Shown: positions 1 to 12,863, numbered from the stretch's first letter. The stretch: DNA of 64,000 nt from Hormiphora californensis (GCA_020137815.1 CM035352.1:8804001-8868000); one strand, 5' to 3'. Notes: a model not told the origin generated them from the sequence alone. Program-made: numbers and translations.

Positions 1-163
1 CTCTCTCTGAAGAAATGGAGCTGTATAATAGTGGGAATAACACGGGGCACAATCTTGTCCAATTCTATTTCTATCCACTCTCACTTTAATTAAATTGGAA
101 CCTAGAATATAAGCGCAGCGACGACCTCTTGTTATAACAAGGGAACTGCAGTAGTTGTTGCTG

Positions 164-3100
164 TGTTATGTGTAATGGCATAACGGATGGCTTGCAATCG
201 GCGGTGCTTCGGTTCTCTCTCTCTCTCTAGATTGGAATATGTTAGAATATAATAGCAGCGACGACCTCTTTTCATGTATAACACGAGGTGGTCGAGTTGC
301 TGTATGGAAGCCCAAACTGAACAATTAGAAATGTCCCTCTGCAGTCTCTAGTATAGGATTTACATGCACTCATTACATAATTTAGGTTCATATTATGTAT
401 AATCTACTCAGGGTTAATTGTTAGCCAGACAGTGGCTTGGGATTATCTATGTAATGTATACTAATACCCAAGGCAAACTGCGTAAGACAAACTATGATGA
501 ACTCTAGATCTTTAGTTGTACTCAGCGTCTCTGTAAAAAAGGGTACTAGAGGAAGTGAGAGCTACATGTCGGTAAGTGATCGTTAGCATCTAGTAAACAC
601 ATGTGCACTTAAATACAGACGAAAAATGCATGTTACGCTTTGGAAGTTCTAGTATATGGCAATAGGGCATGGTTCGGAGAGAGAGGGTCGGGCAAGGCAA
701 GGTAATATTTCGACTACTTTACCACACAACAGATAATAGGAAACAAGTGCCAAGCTCAAAATTAAACAGCCTGAAAACTTCCTTGGAAGCTTCTAGAAAA
801 CAAGAGAGTACAGATAACTTTCTTGTACGTGTGTTACCAATATCACGTTCACAGGTTAGTGGTTACCATGGTAACTAGAGCTGAATCAGGGTTACTACAG
901 GTTACTACAGGTAACTAGATCGCTAGATCAAAAAGACAGGAGAGTATTACATGAGGTATAAACTCTGGCCACTGGCGCGTTATTTCAGATAACTTTCTCC
1001 CAGCGCGCCGCTGGGAGAAGTTAGCTGAAGTTTATCCGCCGCTGGCGGATAAACTGGTTTAAATGACGACGACGATCCCGAGGCGGAGCCGAGGGAGAGG
1101 CGGAGGGGTTTAAACCTATAACGTGCCAGTGGTCAGAGTTTATAGGTTATATACCCTGCTTTAGTTGTTTATTTCAAGTATTACACACCAACAAGAGAGA
1201 GAACACTAATCAAAACACTCAAAGAGGACTGAGAAATAGTTAAAACACCTCACAATTGAGTGTACACTGTTTGGTAACAGTTACTAAGCAGTTGCTAAGG
1301 AAAGAGAGTGAAAGAAATAGCCTGATAAGGGGCATGTCACACATAACACAGAGGAAGAGATAGTGAGACAAAAGGGGAGATAAAGAGAGAGTAATTGACG
1401 GAATGTGTCCTTTCTTTCTCTCCAATGTAGTGTGTAAGTGTTGCACATAGTGTTCCCTCTGTATTTTAGTAAGAACTGATCATTTACACACACTTTGAAT
1501 GTTCAAAATAAATAACCTGCCAGTGGGAAATAATCTGCCGCTGGACTGGCTGTTTATTGAGAGCGCGCTAGTGGGACTGGCGGGTTATTTAAGTTAGCAG
1601 GGTATATAGATTAATAACTTTCTGGTACGTGTGTTACCAATATCACGTGCACTTCCAACCTCATTGAACTCGAAGTACTAAGTGGTAGTGGCGAAGAAGA
1701 AGTGGTGATTGTATTACGCTTCTATAACTGAAACTGCAGTCATTAACCCATATAAGTGGGAAACACAAGTTTTAGTACTATTCAAGTCATAACCAAATGT
1801 AAACTGGAGATGCGGTGATGAATTCATTGGACTCAAGCACAGAGAGCAGGAGAGCTAAATTATTTAGTAAATACTATGCGGGATGTCTCGCCAGCAGTTG
1901 TGTAGGCTGGGTGCAGTAGGTTCCTTGATACTTAAGAACAATACAATCTAGATCCCCAGCCTCTCTAACGTAAAGAAGGTGAATAGATAAGATGTACACT
2001 TTAGGTATATCGCGCTTATTGGCACCAAATGCGCTTTGCCAAAATTTGGCGCCAATTGGTGTGATATACCTGAGTTATGTGTAATGGCATAACGGATGGC
2101 TTGCAATCGGCGGTGCTTCGGTTCTCTCTCTCTCTCTAGATTGGAATATGTTAGAATATAATAGCAGCGACGACCTCTTTTCATGTATAACACGAGGTGG
2201 TCGAGTTGCTGTATGGAAGCCCAAACTGAACAATTAGAAATGTCCCTCTGCAGTCTCTAGTATAGGATTTACATGCACTCATTACATAATTTAGGTTCAT
2301 ATTATGTATAATCTACTCAGGGTTAATTGTTAGCCAGACAGTGGCTTGGGATTATCTATGTAATGTATACTAATACCCAAGGCAAACTGCGTAAGACAAA
2401 CTATGATGAACTCTAGATCTTTAGTTGTACTCAGCGTCTCTGTAAAAAAGGGTACTAGAGGAAGTGAGAGCTACATGTCGGTAAGTGATCGTTAGCATCT
2501 AGTAAACACATGTGCACTTAAATACAGACGAAAAATGCATGTTACGCTTTGGAAGTTCTAGTATATGGCAATAGGGCATGGTTCGGAGAGAGAGGGTCGG
2601 GCAAGGCAAGGTAATATTTCGACTACTTTACCACACAACAGATAATAGGAAACAAGTGCCAAGCTCAAAATTAAACAGCCTGAAAACTTCCTTGGAAGCT
2701 TCTAGAAAACAAGAGAGTACAGATAACTTTCTTGTACGTGTGTTACCAATATCACGTTCACAGGTTAGTGGTTACCATGGTAACTAGAGCTGAATCAGGG
2801 TTACTACAGGTTACTACAGGTAACTAGATCGCTAGATCAAAAAGACAGGAGAGTATAACAGATTAATAACTTTCTGGTACGTGTGTTACCAATATCACGT
2901 GCACTTCCAACCTCATTGAACTCGAAGTACTAAGTGGTAGTGGCGAAGAAGAAGTGGTGATTGTATTACGCTTCTGGAACTGCAGTCATTAACCCATATA
3001 AGTGGGAAACACAAGTTCTACTACTATCCGAAACATAACCAAATGTAAACTGGAGATGCGGTGATGAATTCATTGGACTCAAGCACAGAGAGCAGGAGAG

Positions 3101-3420
3101 CTAAATACTATGCGGGATGTCTCGCCAGCAGTTGTGTAGGCTCCTACTTGAAAACAATACAATCTAGATCCCCAGCCTCTAACGTAAAGAAGGTGAATAG
3201 ATGTACATGCTTTAGGTATATGGCGCTTATTGGCGCCAATTGGTGCGATATACCTGAAGAGAGAAAGAGAGAGAGAGAGAGAAAATACTGTGCAAAGGGT
3301 TAAAGACTATGCGGGATGTCTCGCCAACAGCTGTTGTACGTAGGCTCCTAGATATTAATACTAATAATAATATCAAGAACAATACAATCTAGATCCTGCA
3401 GACTCTGACGTAAAGAAGGT
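164..3420. repeat. Tandem segmental duplication inside an androglobin intron (copy A ~164-1990, copy B ~2073-3200, partial copy ~3306-3420)
   Basis: 164-947 matches 2073-2856 at offset 1909 (identical 69-aa ORFs at 669 and 2578). 1609-1990 matches ~2861-3200 with several indels. Copy A has a ~660-bp insertion absent from copy B. Confidence 0.9.
945..1608 (+). mobile_element. Non-autonomous structured element, copy 1 (multi-hairpin head plus asymmetric inverted repeat, no TSD); superfamily uncertain (Crypton-like or HUH-type)
   Basis: Absent from the paralogous site at ~2853-2861. Outer stem 957-983/1118-1144 encloses three hairpins. Inverted repeat TATATACCCTGCT 1148-1160 / AGCAGGGTATATA 1596-1608. 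Homologous to 28448-29145. Confidence 0.85.
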
Positions 3421-3465
3421 GCAGCACAAGATAGTAACACACAGTAAAGAAACAACTTCTCTTAC

Positions 3466-6400
3466 CAATTAATCGTAGCCTATATTTCCCAGCAGCAAGT
3501 GGCCCATCAGGAGTTCTCCCTTCAACCATAACCGTGTAACCGTACTGTGGGAAATAAATCAAGTTACTTCAAGTTACTTCCTAGAATAGTTATTAAGGTG
3601 GTTAAATAAGTGGTTAAATGGAAAAGTGTAGTTAAGTTGAAACTTCTCAATCAACGCCTTGTACTGTGGGAAGCAAATCATGATTTCAAGTGGTTAAATG
3701 GGGAAGTTGAAACTTCTCAGTACCTTGTTAGGAGTGTAAAGATGTGGTTTGGGTTTCCTGCAGATGGTTGGAACCTCATTCCCATTATCGTTATCAATAA
3801 CCCGGAGCCTCAGACAGGACGCACCGGTACTACCCGGAGTGAGGGATAGGGATACGAGGGTAGGCTCCGGTGCCGTGAATACCTCTCTGACGGGGTAGTA
3901 TTCCGTATTAGTATTCCGTATTCCGATAGTACTCATTATTACGTCACAGTATGACATCATATTCTCTGGTATTTGTGGATCTGGATGGTAACTCACTTTG
4001 CCATTATGAACCAGTTTCGGGCAGGTACTTCACTGTGTGAACCATGGTGGTCAGCAAAGTAAACTATCTTCTCCCTGTCGTCCTTGAATGAGAATGTATC
4101 CAGGAGTTTAGGTCTTGCCTCTAGAACCCTAGGAGAGGACACGTTAGACTTTTAATTTGGTATTGGGAAAGTTTGGGGTAAAGAACATGTTTGAACTTAA
4201 ACTGCTTTTTTGAAACAGCAGACAGAAACTTACTTTTTGAGAATAGTAATCCCATGATTTAGTACATCTCCCTCCAATCTGCCCCACGAATCCTGCAGTA
4301 GACCCTTGACAGAGAGATTCTGTTTGTGCCCCTTTTTCACCGCTTGAGTCCTCTTTCTCACATGGTGACCCCTGAAGTGCCTCTGTATAGTATTCGCTGC
4401 AGCATGTTCCTTCCCATTTGACTCCCTCTTACCCTCACCATCTTTAGTTGACTCAAATACCTCATCATCCAGAGATAACTTCTTAAAATGAACTGGATCA
4501 AACTCAAATATTCCAGTGACACTGTCGCCTCGTCCCTTTTTGTAGGCCCTGATGATAGTTGTCGAGAATGTGGTCCAGGCGTCCCTGTGTTGTGTCGTTA
4601 GATGTTCCCCTACCGCCCCCTCCAGAGTGGAAAATAGAGACTCAAAGAACACCTTTATATCTGGAAACACAAGATCCCTGTCACGATCCTTGTCTGCACA
4701 CGATATCTCCTCGATGGTTTTAGACACTTCATCAGGATCTGAGAAGTTCTCCACTGCTTCAGATATTATTTTAACCAATCGGAGGGCTGCTGCTTGGAAT
4801 CTCAGGCTCTCCTTATTCACATGGTTAACGTATGATTCCGTATCAGCAATAACAAAAGGTGTACTGCTCAGGAGGTCAGCATGCCACGCGTAGGGTGCAG
4901 CAACGTTTAGACGCAGGGTATGGAGCCCCGCAGGGAGGGATAGTCGGCATGTTTTGGTGGTTGTAGTCTCCAGATCAAGTAGGGAGGTTGAGTGGGATGT
5001 TGTCTCACTCCATCTGTAGTTTACTATCTCCAGTTTACCGGGGACCTTCAACTGGGAAAAAGAAGTTGTGGTTAGGCAGCAGCTAGTACAGTATGCTCTC
5101 TTCTCGCTCAATGTTGTGCATAGCAAGGTCAAAAAATAAAATGTGACATTATAAGAAGCACACCACTACAACTTCGAACAAGACAAAGGTGAAGTACACG
5201 TACCAGATCGACATGTTCAGGGTTGGAGTTGTAGTTTGCAGCTTCCAGTGCAGTGTAACCCAGTGGGTTATCACTAATAGCCACTGGTCCCAGGGTAGGA
5301 TTTAGTATGACAGGGGAATCATGCCAATGAGACATGGCCGTGAAACTTACTAACATCTCAATTGGATTTGTACTGTCGATACCTGATTTGTAACTTGTTA
5401 AGGAATTCAACTGGTAGGATTTGATTTTCGCGTGTACATGATTTTGTACATTTATTGTACACCTTGCGCGTGTACATTTTCCCACACTTGGTTGCCTGGA
5501 GTTACAGTAGATTTCGCGCGCACAGGTCTGTACATCGCGCACCGCGCCCCACGTTTATGAGGGCTTGGGAAAGCAACGGAGTTTTCGATGGTCGGATACA
5601 AATTTTGCCAGATTGCAAAATAAATCTGGCAGATCTGAAAGTTAAAACACGACGATAGGCCCCTTACTAGAGGAGTTTTATAGCAAGTGAAAGGATACAG
5701 ATAATGATGGGAGGTTGTTGGTCGCCAGCCTGTCCCTGGACAAGAGAGTGGTTGTGTTGGGAGACAGTGCCAGAGGTAGGTAGGGGCGAGGGTGCGGGAA
5801 TTCCCCTAAGATGGGTTGCACTAGTAGTGTTGTGGCCACCAGCCGTTCGCCTTCCACCAGCAGGTCCAGTCACAGAGGTCGGGGAAATGTTCTGAAAACA
5901 TGGAATATTAGATTGATGATAGGTATGAATCAGAGGGGGGATGAATCAGGGGGGGGATGAATCAGAGGGGGATTCGTGGTATTTTCCTTGCTTCCGGGGC
6001 ACGGGGAAAGAGGGTTGAACAAGTATTTTTCTTACCCTCATATCTGCGACACTTCTATGACACACATAACTCGTCGTCTTATGGAACACCAGTAGACTCG
6101 AGAATGACCCCAGGAATTGTTTCATCTCGATCCAGAAGGATAGAAGAGGGGAAACCTGCTGGATATCCTCTTCTTCCTCTGCCTCCTCAACAACTTCTTC
6201 ATCTGCTGGAGCGGGTGGAACCTCAGGAAGATTATCTGGTGTCTTCTTCTTATCTTTCTTCTTCTCTGCTTTCTCAGACTTCTCATCTGCTGTCTTCTTT
6301 TTGTCTTCTTTCTTCTTCTCTCCCTTATCCTTCTCATCTTTCTTAGGTTTTCCACCCTCCTTCTTCTTCTCCTTCTTTTCATCTGTTGCTATCTTTTTGG

Positions 6401-9400
6401 AGATGGATTTCGTGATACATTGACTTGTGTCTGCAACATAGTCACCTAGCATGTCCTCAAAACTGAAAAACCTTGGTATTGAGGGTTACTTTCTTGGATT
6501 AGCTTAATCCTAACCAACATTATAGTTTATATCACCAAAATTACACTTAACATTAACAAAATTGGGAGAACATTATACTTGATACGTTTTCGTGGTACAT
6601 ATTATGCAGTTACACCTGATCTGCCACATCGTAACTTATTGTGCAAATCCTAATGTGGCAGAGCGAGCGTGGTTTAATTCTCTATGACAACAGGCTCTTC
6701 TCTCTCGATTTCTCTCTTTCTATCTCTGTTCTTACTTTGGGAATGCACTTGTGACATGTAATAATTTTGGTGTTGTTGCAGCCAGTTCCTTCAGCAGTAG
6801 CTCGTGTTTAATTCTCTGTTGTCGCTGCTGTCGCAGTTGAAACAGCGCTTCAGTCGGCTTTAACTGTTGGCACAAAGGGTGTTACATAAAATATGCTTAC
6901 GAAATTATCTAAACAGATTTGAATAATCTTCTTCTTTTTTTTCTTCTTTCTTCGAGAACCCTGATTTACCGGGATACTCGGGAGAAAGGATTTTGCCCAG
7001 TAAATCGGGGTGCCCGGTATATCGGGGTCCGACTGTAGCTCAATCAGCTACTTAAATAATTGCGGCTGATAAAATATTCTCACCTGAACACCCGGTTCTC
7101 CGACAGTGAATGGAACTGGTTTTGGGGGTGGTATGGCTGTTCTCCTTGTCTCTGTTAACCACACCATGGGTGGAGGTGGACCACTAAAACTAGTTCCACC
7201 AACCTCTGCCTTTATCTCAGGAACACCTGGTATGGGGGGTGGGGGGGCTTCTCTCTCTCTGAGTTTTATATGAACAACTATTTTAGTTTTATGAACAACA
7301 AGCGAGAGGAAGGAGTTTTAGGAAAATTTAATGAGAAGTATCATCAAAAGGGGATTTTTTAGGAAGTTCTTCGGAGAACCGAGAAGTATATCATATCATC
7401 AATTACCAACGGGCTGATCATCATCAAAACCGATATTGTACGTTCCAAAGATGAGGGAAGGTTCCTTTGTTGCGGGGTTAACTGTAGCGGTGTTGCTAGA
7501 TACAGATTGGGTAGAGCTACTCTCCGTCTTACTTTCCTCAGTCCACTTGGGAAGGACACTGCTGATAAGGTTCCACATATCGTCATCACCACGCGATCTG
7601 TGAAGTTACCATGGTAATGCAATGTTACCCATATATGGCAATATTATGGAAGGGTTACTATGGCAACACGGTGGTTTTTATAGGTAGCTATACTTACTTG
7701 ATATCGATAACCTCTGGCATCCAGCCAGTTAGCATTTGGATAACAGAAATACCAGCCACCTCACTACCCCTCCTCTCACTACCATAACTGAAAGGAGGTA
7801 GTATTCATGATATTGTCAATATCTAAGTGTTTATTTGCAATTAAAAACAACGGAGTAGGCGTTTGGGTCTATCATGAGGAGACTCCAATCACCAGTAGAT
7901 GTTTATTGGTGTTTATTTGTGTAACTAACAAAACCAACTCACTTGAGGGATGCAACTTTGATGATTGCTTTGGATAGAACAGGAAGCCACAACTCCGTCT
8001 CATTCTCACACACGGGCAGTAGGGGTTTCCCCTCTGCATCAAAAGGTATCTGATCATCAACAATTATCTTTCTCCAGGATCCCATCCAAAATAGTTTCAC
8101 AGCATACTTTCCAGAGGCAGAGTGAATGGGAAAGGAGTTGGGAGGTTTTGATCGGGGATAAATGTGGTGCCAGGGCTTCCAGGCGTCACTTCCTCCTGAG
8201 ATAAAACAGCTTTAGGAGATCTCAAACAAGCATTAATTCGTCTGAATGAAATCAACCAGCCTCGTGCTTTAGTCATGGAATTTGGAAAAAGAGCTAATTC
8301 CTCTCTTTCCCTTTGATGATAAATCGAAAAGCAAAGTTTAGGATAAAACAAAATGCTTTACCTACCATTCAAGTCGTTTCGTAGCCCAGGGGGACTGGGG
8401 ATTTCAGTTTGACACAAGAGGGCAATTTCAGTGATAATAGACCGAATGAGTTCACTTTGTTTGAAGATTCCCTGGTTGTTTGTCAGGATTTTCAGTCGAC
8501 CCGTCTGTTCTGGATCTTCTACAACAGTCTGCACCTAATCGGGGTTGACACAAATCGAAACAGAATACAGTGAACAGGAGCAAAGAAACAATATTTTGGA
8601 CAAATAATTTGGACAATTATATTTGTTTATGGTGAGACAGTTTTGGCTACTGCACGTGGTGAGATGTGAAATATTAATATTTGAACTACTGCACAATGAA
8701 ATGAATTACCACTTTGTGTCCTGCAGGTGTTTTTGGTATTGCTGATGATGGTGGGTGTGCTGAACCGACTGTAGCCTGACTCATCCCAATCAAACTCCTT
8801 CTCAGGCCTCCAGGAAGCGCTGACTTCTAATGGCGTGGTGAGTGAATGTAATGTGACAACTGATATGTGCAACTTTCAATTATTGTTCATAGTCCACTTA
8901 TTTTTAGTTTTGAGCTATACAATTTAAAAAAGCTCCTGTCACTAACCTTGTCACCCAAGTAATCCCCAGGCCGTCTCCAGGACTCAACTTTCAGGCTTGC
9001 CGGCATTTGGATCAAACCATCTGGATCTTCGAACAGCTGTAAATGCTAGTTTGTGAGGGTGAGATTGGGTCACAAGTTTCTGACTTTTTAGATTTTCAGA
9101 GGTTAGTATTAGTGATGACAGAATGTTATTGAAAGCTAAGAGATAAACTCCTTAGGTGTTTACACGAGGCGATGACCCTGTTGCAGCAGATCCGATCTTT
9201 TACAGCTTCAAAGAACCTAAAGTTACTACTATCTTACCGTTCCGGGTGTCCGGGCAGCCCTGTCACCCTTTCCCTTTTGTTGAACGTCCCATTTCTCATT
9301 AGCTAGAGAGGCGTCATCCCATTCAGGCCAGATGTTTAGCCGACTGTTTCCGGGTAGAAACTTTACAATGGGGCGACTCTCCATCTGATCTCCACTTCCC

Positions 9401-9564
9401 CTGTAGATACATGGATCAAAACTCAAGACTAACAACCCAGTATAATATAAATTGTATTTGAGATATACGTGATAAAACATTTCACAAGTAACACAACATG
9501 TTACTTACTCTTTCTGGAGAGTGGGTGTTGACGAGGCGACTCTTTCTCGGGAGTTTTTACCCAT
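3466..9564 (-). CDS. ADGB: Androglobin (calpain-like domain, circularly permuted globin split by IQ motif); multi-exon, 3' end continues beyond the window
   Basis: ATG at 9564. Exons encode IWPEWDDASLANEKWD (9237-9401) and LFEDPDGLIQMPASLKVESWRRP (~8948-9037), calpain-like exons, IQ motif AAANTIQRHFRGHHVRK flanked by globin G/H-like (VGEHLTTQHRDAW) and A/B-like (LLQDSWGRLEGD) helices, and GYTVMVEGRTPDGPLAAGKYRLRLI (3466-3545). GT-AG boundaries. Confidence 0.9.
6957..7038. mobile_element. Tc1/mariner (pogo-like) MITE family, partial copy; other copies or fragments at ~11760-11848, 21346-21363, 34851-35021 (most complete), 46889-47052, 48580-48646, 62262-62350
   Basis: Recurrent TACAGTCGGACCCCGATTTACCGGG...CCGGTAAATCGGGGTCCGACTGTA termini with flanking TA. 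Confidence 0.75.
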
Positions 9565-9696
9565 ATCCAAGTCCCTAGTTCATCTTCCTATATCAGGTTC
9601 ATTTGTCGAGTTAAAGTTTACGACAGACACAAATTTATGACTGACTGCACATATATAAAAACAATGTTGTAGTACAACTTGTACCGATTATTCTTC

Positions 9697-12675
9697 TCAA
9701 GAAGTTAAATTCTGTGTCAAAACCACAAACTGATCATCTGCCCCAAATATTCTCATCGCAAGAGCCCCACTAGTCTTCCCATGAACCACCTTGGGTGCTT
9801 CCTCTCCCCTTCCATATTGTAAAACAGTCTGCGAGGGGCTCAACAGTAGCAGGGTAGACTGGAGAGTCACCGCTACATCAACAACCATTTCAGGACATGG
9901 AATTCGAGCGAGTTTGTTGCCCTGGTGACCAAGTTGTTTGTGATCGTTACTACCAGCACTCCATGCAGCCCCCTCACAAAGAATCACTGTGTGAGTATAT
10001 GAGAGAGCTATCCTCTCTACTCTTCTACCTGATACAGTACTTCTCATAAATGAGAGAGTCTCAGGAGGTGTGACGTCATGGAAAGTGGGGAGGAGAAGTT
10101 TATTTGAGTAGTTGTGGCCGGTGCACCACATTTCATTGGATGTTGTGAAGAAGATAGTACAATCTGGACCTGCGATGATTTCCCTGATTTTAATGTCTTC
10201 AGTGAGATCAGCCACTTTCAGGGGTGATGTGAGGTTGTCCCGGGTGCCGTGCCCCAGTCTCCCATCGTAACCTGGGAAGGGGGTTGTTAGCTTCCCAATA
10301 TCAAAGTACACTATCAAATACCTCACCGTGTTGTGGTCTATCGGTTAGAACATAACAAGAGGAAGGAGAATCTAGCCCTTCTTTTACAACACTGGGGATG
10401 CAGTAAGAGAAATCAAAACTCACCTAGTCCCCACGTCAAAAGTTCTCCCTCGGCAGTAAGGACTGCAACGTGCTGATTTCCACAGGTCACCTTCACAACA
10501 TCCCACCCGAAGAGGCTTTGTACCACACTAGGTCGAGGTGAGTCCAGAGGGTTAGTATGGCCTAGCCCGCAACACCCCAATATGTTACTACCCAAACTGT
10601 ACAGGACCTGGGGGATTGGGTGGGTGGTTATAAGAGAGTTGGGTGGGGTAGTTATTAGGGAGTTGTGTGGGTGCATATTAGGGAGTTGGGTGAGTGGTTA
10701 TTAAGGGTTCTAAGGGACTCAGTGAATTGTCAACTAATTGATCAACTAAATGCTTACACTTTTATCAGTGGTAAACAATGTAAAATCATCTCCACAGGAG
10801 CAGGTAGCAGCTGGTGATTCCGTTTCCACGTTACCCAAACTGTAACCTCCCTCTCCATCTTCTGTAATTGATAATGGGTGATAATTTCGGGAATCGGGAT
10901 GGGAGTAGGTCAGTAGGGTTATTTTGGTAGTTTAAATATTATCTTTAGGCTCACCCAATCTCACTAATAGGGTTGGTGCTAGCAAGGCGATAACTATTCT
11001 CTCTTATCGGCCTTATCTCCAACCCTCACCTGTCTCCTCCTACCTCCAACCCTCAAATACCAAAACCCTCACCTGTCTCGGATGTCCAGGAGCACTCCAC
11101 CAGTCGATTATCCTCAGTAACAGCAGCCATTGTATACAAACCCACAGACATGGTCCGAACACCCCCTGGTACAGCCAACTCTGACTTCTTATCCGATACC
11201 AGACAGTAATGGTGAAGGGTGTCCGTTCTCCGCCTCTCGTCCTGGTCAAGTTGCAGTTGTCCTACAGTTGTGTGCAGGGCTACCACGTGACGGACTATCA
11301 CAGGTGTTTTGAGGATCTCACTGGGTCTTGGACGTAGCGCAGGGTCTGGGGAATGGTACGTGTTACGTTTCTATAAAGTAACAAAGCAATAACATGAATA
11401 AGACAACTGCACAGTTACCCCCCTCCCCCTTGCCGGTAGCGGCCTGAGTGTGCAGCTATCTCACCTAGGTTTAAAAGATGGTGAACTAGTGAGGATTGGG
11501 GGTATTCAGCAAGAGGGGCGACATCAAAGCTCCCTGACATGATCAGTTGAACCAACTGGGGTAGGTTGGCTGCATCAAATGCCCGCTTTCGTGCAATCAT
11601 CTCGTATAAAACACACCCCAACGCCCAGATATCACTGGCTTGGTCGTAAGGTTTGGCGGAGCAGAGTTGGGGTGAGAGGTAGCAGGGGGATCCGACTACC
11701 GAATCGGCTTTACTGCGAGATACCAACACCTGGGAACAGGGTTGGGGGTTATTCGCATTGTTATCGGGGTCAAGTACTGTTAATTTCCTATATTGGGGGA
11801 TTTATCCTCCCGGTAAGTCGGGGTTCTGGTAAATTGAGGTCCGACGCGACTATACCTTGGAAATTCCAAAATCTCCCAATTTGGCGATGACCCTTCGTTT
11901 GCACAGTAGAATGTTCTGTGTTTTCAGGTCTCTGTGTAGTATGTTCTTGCTGTGTATGTATTCCAGAGCAAGACAGACCTGGGTAAACTTGTGCAAAACC
12001 TGCAATAAAAAGAATTTACCAACTGCCTGGTACAAAACGTCAAAACAGTGGTGGCCCCAGCTGGAGGTCGATGGTGGGGGTGGCCCCGGGCCAGTGGCCA
12101 AAAATCAGTGCTGGGGCCAGTGGGGCCATCCCTGGTACAACATGACAATAAATTCTGGTTTCAAAGTATGTTTCCAAACCTCTTTCTCCGGCAGGCTTTC
12201 CTTCAGTGCCCCCAAGTAATCAGCTAGAGTCCCCCCGGCAGCGTATTCCATTGATATGGTCAGGGTGTGAGAGGTAACGGTTGAGGAATAGTAACCAATA
12301 ACGTGGGGGTGGTGGAGAACAGAAATAACTTTAACCTGCAGAGCTAAACACCATTAGGGGGATACTTAGTATGAGTATTAGAGAGGAGCTAAACACCATT
12401 AGCTGCGGCAAGTTGAGAGCTGTAACCATTTCTCGCTGTTTTTATAAATCGAGCGAAAGAACTCAGTTTGTTCACAACCAAGTTGCAGTATCTAACACAT
12501 CACTTATAATACCAACCTCGTTTACAGCAGACTGCCTCTCTGAAAGACTCATCTCGTTTACAGGGATCTCCTTCTTGATAAAGTGTCTCCCATCCTCGGT
12601 ACTACACAAATGTACCACTCCATAGGCACCCCTACCAACCACTCTGATAGGCGTTCCTCTTTCGTAGTGGGACAT
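9697..12675 (-). CDS. NEK8: NIMA-related kinase with C-terminal RCC1 repeats (NEK8-like), about 9 exons
   Basis: [47 protein letters not shown] and [13 protein letters not shown], followed by RCC1 repeats ([25 protein letters not shown]). ATG at 12675, stop at 9697. NEK9 not excluded. Confidence 0.8.
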
Positions 12676-12863
12676 TGACACAGCAATGTGGGAGCTACAT
12701 CATGGGAGATTGGAGATATGTGAAACCTATACTCCACCCATATTTTAGGTGCCAATCCACAATGAAACAAACACAATTCAGATATCTAAAAAGTTTCAAA
12801 ATTAAATATATTTTAACGTTCAAACGGTAAATAACTTAGTTTTTCTTTCCCATCCATTTAATT

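Noticed and set aside
669-878. Duplicated 69-aa ORF (also 2578-2787)
   Set aside because: No recognisable features; identity is explained by the tandem duplication.
942-950. GAGTATTAC matching the CRESS-virus nonanucleotide NANTATTAC
   Set aside because: Not at a hairpin apex, the second copy reads GGTTATTAC, and there is no Rep ORF. Only the TATTAC core is shared.
7605-7667. X-box GTTACTATGGCAAC in an androglobin intron as a ciliary enhancer
   Set aside because: Similar GTTNCCATGGNAAC-like words occur throughout the window (862, 2771, 26269, 33451, 49531), so it is not specific evidence.
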